In this document: in pieces, positions 25,686 to 32,000 of the stretch
How the letters are laid out: each line of letters begins with the position of its first letter
How positions within the stretch are numbered: the stretch's first letter is position 1
From: Breznakia blatticola
GTDB lineage: Bacteria; Bacillota_I; Bacilli_A; Erysipelotrichales; Erysipelotrichaceae
Length of the DNA stretch: 32,000 nt
Direction of reading: 5' to 3'
Assembly (NCBI RefSeq): GCF_004365815.1
Contig: NZ_SODD01000005.1
Span: forward strand, 1-32,000
Position numbers and translations under genes: made by a program
Notes under the pieces: model-generated
Databases searched by the model: none
What the model was told of the DNA's origin: nothing
Seen by the model: the letters and a program-made list of their open reading frames with translations, nothing else

Positions 25686-25999
25686 TTGCTATATATTACA
25701 TTATAAATAACCATAGATAAATATTATATATCAATAATGAATCGTTATTTGGTAGTATAAACCCACAACATTCGTTAGTGTCCTTTATATGACTTAGATA
25801 TTATGCGCTCAAGCGACTTGTTAGCTAAAAGCAAGTGAGGGAATTGCTTGTGAAGAATGTTGGGAGTTTAACAAGTCAGCATGAAAAAAGAACATGTTCA
25901 TATTTTCACAAAGATATGGAGATGTCCTTTTTTTATATATCCGCAATAAAAGTTGCAGTGTTAGAATGTGAAAGTAGATAAAAAGGAGGTCTAGATTTT

Positions 26000-27190
26000 A
26001 TGGCTAGATATACGATACCAAGAGATGTGTATCACGGAAAAGGATCACTTGAAAACTTAAAAGATTTAGTAGGTAAAAAAGCAATCGTTGTTGTTGGGGG
26101 AGGAAGCATGAAACGCTTCGGATTCCTAGACAAAGTAGAAACGTATTTAAAAGAAGCAGGAATGGAAGTTCAACTATTTGAAGGTGTTGAACCAGATCCA
26201 TCAGTAGAAACCGTTATGCGTGGAGCACAAGCAATGCGTGAATTCCAACCAGATTGGATTGTCTCAATCGGTGGTGGATCACCAATTGATGCTGCTAAAG
26301 CAATGTGGGTATTCTATGAATATCCAGAAACTAAATTTGAAGATATTATTACTCCATATAGTTTCCCAACATTACGTCAAAAAGCAAAATTCTGTGCGAT
26401 TCCATCAACGAGTGGTACAGCAACAGAAGTAACTGCATTCTCAGTTATTACAGATTATGAAAAAGGAATTAAATATCCATTAGCAGACTTTAACATTACA
26501 CCTGATGTAGCAATCATTGATTCTACATTAGCAGAAACAATGCCTCAAAAGCTAACTGCACATACAGGTATGGATGCTATGACACACGCAATTGAATCAT
26601 ATGTGTCTACATTACATTGTAACTATACTGACCCACATGCATTGCATGCAATTAAATTAATTACAGATTCTATTGTTGCTTCATATGAAGGTGACAAAGA
26701 AGCTAGAGAAACAATGCACGATGCACAATGTTTAGCAGGTATGGCATTCTCTAATACTTCACTTGGTATTGTTCACTCAATGGCACATAAAACTGGTGCT
26801 GCATATAGTGGTGGACACATTGTACATGGTTGTGCAAATGCTATGTATTTACCAAAAGTTATTAAATTCAATGCAAGAGAACCAGAAGCTGCAACACGTT
26901 ATGCACAAATTGCAGATTCATTATACTTAGGTGGAAACACAACTGCAGAAAAAGTGGAATTATTGATTAACCACATTCTTACATTAAACAAAGAATTAAA
27001 TATTCCAACATGTATTAAAGATTATGAAGGTGGAATCATTGATGAAACTGAATTCTTAAACAAACTTGATGAAGTTGCACAATTAGCTGTGGATGATGCT
27101 TGTACAGCAACAAACCCACGTACGATTGATGCATCACAAATGGCACGCTTATTAAAAGCTTGTTACTACAACGAAGACGTAGATTTCTAA
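26000..27190 (+). CDS. Iron-containing (group III) alcohol dehydrogenase
   Basis: GGGSMKRF, GGGSPIDAAKAM, metal-binding His motifs HTGMDAMTHAIE and GIVHSMAHKTGA. AAAGGAGG SD. Candidate extended -10 TGtTAGAAT at 25959-25967. Confidence 0.9.
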   Translation: MARYTIPRDVYHGKGSLENLKDLVGKKAIVVVGGGSMKRFGFLDKVETYLKEAGMEVQLFEGVEPDPSVETVMRGAQAMREFQPDWIVSIGGGSPIDAAKAMWVFYEYPETKFEDIITPYSFPTLRQKAKFCAIPSTSGTATEVTAFSVITDYEKGIKYPLADFNITPDVAIIDSTLAETMPQKLTAHTGMDAMTHAIESYVSTLHCNYTDPHALHAIKLITDSIVASYEGDKEARETMHDAQCLAGMAFSNTSLGIVHSMAHKTGAAYSGGHIVHGCANAMYLPKVIKFNAREPEAATRYAQIADSLYLGGNTTAEKVELLINHILTLNKELNIPTCIKDYEGGIIDETEFLNKLDEVAQLAVDDACTATNPRTIDASQMARLLKACYYNEDVDF

Positions 27191-27214
27191 TTACTAGAAA
27201 CACTGTCGTTTGCG

Positions 27215-27246
27215 AATAGTTGTCACTTTTGTGGCAACTATTTTGT
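27215..27246 (+). terminator. Hairpin (terminator/attenuator) between adh and the hydrogenase-like gene
   Basis: 12-bp stem AATAGTTGTCAC / GTGGCAACTATT (one G-U pair), loop TTTT, short T-rich tail TTTTGT. Partial read-through is plausible. Confidence 0.55.
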
Positions 27247-27269
27247 CGCTTATTAATGAAGAGGTCGCA

Positions 27270-28934
27270 ATGGAAAAATATATTGAATCAAAGAAATCGA
27301 ATTGTAAAAACTGTTATAAATGTATCCGTAAGTGTGCAGTAAAATCCCTTAGTTTTTTAAATGATCAAGCCAATATTATCGGTGATGATTGTATTTACTG
27401 TGGAGAGTGTTATCTTGTTTGCCCACAAGATGCAAAGTACATTCACAGTGATGCAAATAAAGTAAAGGCATGGTTAGCAGAAGGTAAGCAACTTGTTACA
27501 AGTATTGCACCTTCTTACAATGCACTAAACGATACGGATTTCTTTTTGCTGAAGCAACAACTGTTAGATCTTGGTTTTACAGATGTACAAGAAACTGCAA
27601 TTGGAGCATATATGGTAAAAAACACATATGAAACATTATGTGCTAATATGCAAAACGATGTGATTATTTCATCATGTTGTCATAGTGTGAACTTATTGAT
27701 TCAAAAACATTTTCCTGAAGCATTAAATGCACTTGCAAATGTTGTCACACCAATGGAAGCACATGCAAGAAAACTAAAAGACACCTATCCAGAAGCAAAA
27801 GTTGTTTTTATTGGTCCATGTATTTCAAAGAAAGCTGAGATTGATGATACACGTTCAAGCACTGATGTTGTATTGACCTTTGATGAACTTCTAGATCTAG
27901 GCTTATCTGCATATATGAAACCAGTATATTCTACTGGTGATTATCAACTATCGACGCGTAGTTTTCCAATTTCAGGAGGGATATTATCCACGATGAAACA
28001 AGAAGAGAACCGTACTTATTTAGTAGTTGATGGACAAGAAAATTGTGTGCAAACTATCCAAGATGTCATTGATGGAAAGATTCATCATTGTTTTATTGAA
28101 ATGTCACTATGTTCAGGCAGTTGTGCAGGTGGTCCAGTATTACGCAAAAGTGGATATACACGTGTACCAAACACACTACATATTCAACAAAAGGCAAAGC
28201 AACATGGTGAAATACTTGAAATAGATATTCCAAACTTAGAGACAACTTTTGAAAGTCGCAAGCAAATGACTTATCGAATTAGCGATCAAATGATTAATGA
28301 AGTGCTAGCAAATATTGGGAAATTAAAGGTTGAAGATGAACTAAACTGTGGTGGTTGTGGATATAATACATGTCGTGAAAAAGCAATTGCAGTTATTCAA
28401 GGAAAGGCAAACTTAGAAATGTGTTTACCGTATCTTCGTGATCGTGCAGAAACATTTTCTGATAATATTATTCGCAACACACCCAATGGGATTATTGTAT
28501 TAAATGAAGAATTTGAAATCGAACAAATGAATGAAGCAGCATGTAAGATATTTAATATTGAACATAGCTTTGAAATTATTGGGGATCAAGTAGTACGATT
28601 ATTAGATCCTAAGTTAATTATGGATACGTATTTTGATGGAAAGAATACATATGACAAACAAATCTATCTTGCTGAATTTGATAAGCACATCAATTTAACG
28701 GTTATTGCAGATAGAGCGTATCATATTTTAATTTGCATCATTCGTGATATTAGTGATGATATAAAGTTGCAAAGCGAACAAGAAAACTATCGTAAATCTA
28801 CGATCGAAATCACGGATCAATTGATTGATAAACAAATGCGCACGGTACAAGAAATTGCATCTTTACTTGGAGAAACTACAGCAGAAACAAAGGTTGCTTT
28901 GACGAAACTGAAGGAGTCGATGGCTCGTGAATAA
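27270..28934 (+). CDS. HydS-type (group C, putative sensory) [FeFe]-hydrogenase homolog with a C-terminal PAS domain
   Basis: Two ferredoxin motifs (CKNCYKCIRKC, CIYCGECYLVCP). H-cluster motifs are L1 SSCCH (27669-27683), L2 GPCISKKAE (27813-27839) and L3 EMSLCSGSCAGGP (28098-28136). Extra Cys cluster motif CGGCGYNTC...MC, then a PAS-like region (IIRNTPNGIIVLNEEFEIEQMNEAACKIFNIE) and a helical tail. Confidence 0.85.
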   Translation: MEKYIESKKSNCKNCYKCIRKCAVKSLSFLNDQANIIGDDCIYCGECYLVCPQDAKYIHSDANKVKAWLAEGKQLVTSIAPSYNALNDTDFFLLKQQLLDLGFTDVQETAIGAYMVKNTYETLCANMQNDVIISSCCHSVNLLIQKHFPEALNALANVVTPMEAHARKLKDTYPEAKVVFIGPCISKKAEIDDTRSSTDVVLTFDELLDLGLSAYMKPVYSTGDYQLSTRSFPISGGILSTMKQEENRTYLVVDGQENCVQTIQDVIDGKIHHCFIEMSLCSGSCAGGPVLRKSGYTRVPNTLHIQQKAKQHGEILEIDIPNLETTFESRKQMTYRISDQMINEVLANIGKLKVEDELNCGGCGYNTCREKAIAVIQGKANLEMCLPYLRDRAETFSDNIIRNTPNGIIVLNEEFEIEQMNEAACKIFNIEHSFEIIGDQVVRLLDPKLIMDTYFDGKNTYDKQIYLAEFDKHINLTVIADRAYHILICIIRDISDDIKLQSEQENYRKSTIEITDQLIDKQMRTVQEIASLLGETTAETKVALTKLKESMARE

Positions 28935-30105
28935 TGTATATTTCGATGTTGGAATTAGTCATGTCAATAAACGCGGAGAACAGTTATGTGGAGACCATGT
29001 TGATGTTGTGAAAATGGAAGATGGTAGTAAAATCGTAGTCTTAGCAGATGGGTTAGGAAGTGGTGTAAAAGCGAGTATCTTATCCATTTTAACTGCAAAA
29101 ATTATTTCCACAATGATGGCAAACCAAATGTCTTTAGAAGATTGTGTACAAACCATTATCAACACGCTTCCGGTATGTAAAGAACGACAACTTGCATACT
29201 CCACATTTTCCTTTGTGTATTTACATGCAAATTCAAGAGTTGCAGATATTGTACAGTACGATAATCCCAAAGCGCTTGTTTTTCGCGATGGAAAACAACT
29301 GGGGTATAATGAAACTGTAGAAATCATCGATGGCAAGCAAATTAGTCGAACACGGATCACCTTACAAGAAGGTGATTACATGTTGTTGATGAGTGACGGT
29401 GTTCTATTTGCATCCAAAGGACAGATCTTAGATTTGCAGTGGGATGAAAAACAAATTGCAACGTATATGGAACAGTCTTTGCAACTTCAAGAGAACTTTG
29501 ATGCAAAGACATTCAGCAGTTTGCTTTTGCAAGAATGTTTATCACATTATGATAATCAACCAGGTGATGATATTAGTGTTTGTGCAATTCGTCTATGCAA
29601 ACGCAAAAATGCGAATATTTTAATTGGTCCACCTAAAAATCCCGATGATGTAGATAAGATGATGCGCTTATTTTTCTCACGTGATGGATACCATGTAGTT
29701 TGTGGAGGAACTACTTCACAACTATGTGCCAAGTATTTATATAAACCGATAAAAATGAATCAGGTTTATGCAAATACAAATGTTCCACCTACATGTAGTA
29801 TTGAAGGTGTAGACTTAGTTTCTGAAGGTAGTGTCACGATTCAGAAAGTTTTAGAATATGCAAAAGATCATACACATATGAATGAGTTGTATACTTACTG
29901 GACATATCAGGATGATGGAGCAAGTAAAATTGCTAAACTACTTTTTGATGAAGTAAGTGATATTCATTTCTATGTTGGGCTTGCAAAAAATCCAGCACAT
30001 CAAGAACATCAAAGTGTAAGTTATGGTCATAAAATGGAAATGATTGAACAACTCGTTGCGGAGTTGTTAAAACTAGATAAAAAAGTAAAAGTAAATTACT
30101 TTTAG
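28927..30105 (+). CDS. PP2C/SpoIIE-like serine phosphatase with an uncharacterised C-terminal domain
   Basis: GTG start overlapping the hydS-like stop by 8 nt. CGDHVDV ... VVLADGLGSGVKASILS ... LLMSDGV ... GDDISV are SpoIIE/PP2C metal-binding motifs. The last 160 aa or so have no motif I recognise. Confidence 0.8.
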   Translation: MNNVYFDVGISHVNKRGEQLCGDHVDVVKMEDGSKIVVLADGLGSGVKASILSILTAKIISTMMANQMSLEDCVQTIINTLPVCKERQLAYSTFSFVYLHANSRVADIVQYDNPKALVFRDGKQLGYNETVEIIDGKQISRTRITLQEGDYMLLMSDGVLFASKGQILDLQWDEKQIATYMEQSLQLQENFDAKTFSSLLLQECLSHYDNQPGDDISVCAIRLCKRKNANILIGPPKNPDDVDKMMRLFFSRDGYHVVCGGTTSQLCAKYLYKPIKMNQVYANTNVPPTCSIEGVDLVSEGSVTIQKVLEYAKDHTHMNELYTYWTYQDDGASKIAKLLFDEVSDIHFYVGLAKNPAHQEHQSVSYGHKMEMIEQLVAELLKLDKKVKVNYF

Positions 30106-30118
30106 ATAAAGGAGACCT

Positions 30119-30961
30119 ATGTATAAAATTGTTGAAAAAGAACGATTAAATCCAACGGTTACGAAAATGGTAGTAGAAGCACCAGCAATTGCCAAAAAGG
30201 CAAAAGCAGGACAATTTATTATCCTTCGTTCACATGAAATGGGAGAGAGAATTCCCTTAACTGTTGCAGATTATGATCGTGAAAAAGGACTTGTTACGAT
30301 TATTTACCAATTGGTAGGTCGTAGTACGATGTTACTAGATAACCTAGAAGTGGGAGATGCCATTCTTGACTTTGTAGGACCACTAGGTGTACCAAGTCAT
30401 GTAGAAGGCATGAAACGTGTCTGTGTCGTTGGTGGAGGAGTTGGTTGTGCAATTGCCTATCCAACCGCAAAAGCACTATATGATAATGGCACAGAGGTAA
30501 CTGTAATTACTGGATTTAGAAATAAAGATTTAGAAATCTTACGTGATGAATTTGAAGCAGTTAGTCATCATATGTATACGATGAGCGATGATGGAACTGT
30601 AGGAGAAAAAGGATTAGTCACAAATAAACTACAAGAACTACTTGATGCAGGTGAAGTGTTTGATGAAGTCATCGCAATTGGACCACTAGTTATGATGAAG
30701 TTTGTCTGCCAACTCACAAAACAATATGATGTGAAAACAACGGTCAGCATGAACCCGATTATGATTGATGGAACAGGAATGTGTGGATGCTGTAGACTAA
30801 GTGTAAACAACGAAATGAAATTTGCTTGTGTAGATGGACCTGATTTTGATGGACATCAAGTCGACTTCGATGAAGCGATTGCAAGATCTAGACAGTATGC
30901 AGACTTTGAAGCCAAAGCACGTGAAAAAGACTGTCACTTATTTCATAAGGAGGTGCGCTAG
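30119..30961 (+). CDS. nfnA: NfnA-type ferredoxin-NADP+ oxidoreductase small subunit (PyrK-like, FAD/[2Fe-2S])
   Basis: MYKIVEKERLNPTVTKMVVEAPAIAKKAKAGQFIILR ... RIPLTVADYD ... VVGGGVG ... C-terminal Cys cluster DGTGMCGCCRL...FACVDGP. Confidence 0.85.
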   Translation: MYKIVEKERLNPTVTKMVVEAPAIAKKAKAGQFIILRSHEMGERIPLTVADYDREKGLVTIIYQLVGRSTMLLDNLEVGDAILDFVGPLGVPSHVEGMKRVCVVGGGVGCAIAYPTAKALYDNGTEVTVITGFRNKDLEILRDEFEAVSHHMYTMSDDGTVGEKGLVTNKLQELLDAGEVFDEVIAIGPLVMMKFVCQLTKQYDVKTTVSMNPIMIDGTGMCGCCRLSVNNEMKFACVDGPDFDGHQVDFDEAIARSRQYADFEAKAREKDCHLFHKEVR

Positions 30962-30963
30962 TT

Positions 30964-32000
30964 ATGCCAAACATGAGTCCAAATAAAGTACCAATGCCAC
31001 ATCAAGAGCCAAATGTACGAAATAAAAACGTTGCAGAAGTAGCAACAGGATATACCTTGGAAATGGCACAAGAAGAAGCGGATCGTTGTCTACAATGTAA
31101 ACACAAACCTTGTGTAAATGGATGTCCAGTAGGTGTGCAAATTCCTGAATTTATCGCCTTAATCAAAGAAGGAGATATCGAAGGAGCCTACGATAAGATT
31201 AAAGAAACCAATGCTTTACCAGCAGTATGTGGACGTGTATGTCCACAAGAAGACCAATGTGAAAAGCTATGTGTAAGAGCCATTAAACATGAAGCAGTCG
31301 GAATTGGAAGACTTGAGAGATTTGTCGCTGATTATCATATGGCAAATGGAGAAAACAAGATTCCAACAATTGAGAAGAATGGACATAAAGTAGCTGTAGT
31401 AGGAGCTGGACCTGCAGGATTAACTTGTGCAGGAGATTTAGCGAAAAAAGGATACGAAGTTACAGTCTATGAAGCATTACATAAAGCAGGAGGAGTACTT
31501 GAATATGGAATCCCAGAATTCAGACTACCAAAAGCGATTGTAAGTAAAGAAGTACAAGCACTCAAAGACTTAGGTGTTCACATGGAAACCAATATGGTTA
31601 TTGGAAAAGTGTTTGATATTGATGAACTATTTGAAGATGGAAATGAAGCTGTATTCATCGGTAGTGGAGCAGGACTTCCAAACTTTATGAAAATACCTGG
31701 AGAAAACTTAAATGGAGTATTCTCTGCAAATGAATTTCTAACACGTTTTAACTTAATGAAAGCTTATGATGTAGAAGCTGACACACCAATTTTCAAAGGT
31801 AAGAAAGTAGCAGTTGTCGGTGGAGGAAATGTTGCAATGGATGCTGCAAGATGTGCAAAGCGTCTAGGAGCAGAAGTGTACATTGTATACCGTCGAGGAA
31901 CTGAAGAATTACCAGCAAGAAAAGAAGAAGTGGAACATGCAATGGAAGAAGGAATTATCTTTAAGACATTGAATAATCCAGTCCAAGTACTTGGTGATGA
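30964..32000 (+). CDS. nfnB: NfnB/GltD-type NADPH-dependent oxidoreductase large subunit (partial, runs off the window)
   Basis: My own translation from ATG 30964: MPNMSPNKVPMPHQEPNVRNKN...EADRCLQCKHKPCVNGCPVGVQIPEFI...CGRVCPQEDQCEKLCV...VAVVGAGPAGLTCAGDLAKKGYEVTVYEA...VAVVGGGNVAMDAAR. No stop before nt 32000, so it is absent from the ORF track. Confidence 0.85.
   Translation, partial: MPNMSPNKVPMPHQEPNVRNKNVAEVATGYTLEMAQEEADRCLQCKHKPCVNGCPVGVQIPEFIALIKEGDIEGAYDKIKETNALPAVCGRVCPQEDQCEKLCVRAIKHEAVGIGRLERFVADYHMANGENKIPTIEKNGHKVAVVGAGPAGLTCAGDLAKKGYEVTVYEALHKAGGVLEYGIPEFRLPKAIVSKEVQALKDLGVHMETNMVIGKVFDIDELFEDGNEAVFIGSGAGLPNFMKIPGENLNGVFSANEFLTRFNLMKAYDVEADTPIFKGKKVAVVGGGNVAMDAARCAKRLGAEVYIVYRRGTEELPARKEEVEHAMEEGIIFKTLNNPVQVLGD

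Noticed and set aside
25815-25911. Rex (redox repressor) operator upstream of adh
   Set aside because: TTGTTA / TAACAA and TTGTGAA / TTCACAA half-sites exist but are 45-50 nt apart, instead of forming one 18-20 bp TTGTGAA-N4-6-TTCACAA site. They are better explained as RNA pairing partners.
1-32000. CRISPR arrays, tandem DNA repeats, rRNA genes
   Set aside because: Scanning the intergenic regions by eye showed no regularly spaced direct repeats and no rRNA-like sequence.

Overview
AT-rich (about one-third GC by eye), Gram-positive-type window with almost every gene on the + strand. It is probably an anaerobic Bacillota chromosome; this is an inference from sortase-dependent pilins together with an [FeFe]-hydrogenase-like sensor and NfnAB-type genes. 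Order of contents: (1) a Bce-like peptide-antibiotic sensing/detoxification module (OmpR-type regulator, intramembrane-sensing kinase, ABC ATPase, 846-aa FtsX permease); (2) a cst-like sulfide/persulfide operon (rhodanese, CsoR/CstR-family repressor, CoA-disulfide reductase-rhodanese fusion) behind a perfect 16-bp palindromic operator; (3) pirin; (4) an accessory pilus island built like the Streptococcus pyogenes FCT region (large repeat adhesin, catalytically dead SipA-like signal-peptidase homolog, backbone pilin, sortase, then a vWA-domain surface protein), interrupted by an unexplained promoter-hairpin-sORF-terminator unit; (5) a NYN/LOTUS protein plus a DUF349 repeat protein; (6) MarR, tRNA-Trp, tRNA-Arg; (7) a TPP riboswitch controlling thiD-thiM-thiE; (8) an alpha/beta hydrolase preceded by a strong-SD 5-codon mini-ORF and followed by a transposase remnant; (9) a minus-strand membrane protein, a LysR regulator and an Fe-alcohol dehydrogenase; (10) a HydS-type sensory [FeFe]-hydrogenase homolog translationally coupled to a PP2C/SpoIIE-like phosphatase, followed by nfnA and partial nfnB. 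I saw no CRISPR array, intact mobile element or recognisable phage-defence genes. The most interesting candidates are the HydS-PP2C redox/H2 signalling pair with no visible target, the FCT-like pilus island with non-LPXTG sorting signals, and three unexplained structured non-coding regions. None is demonstrably a new system from sequence alone.
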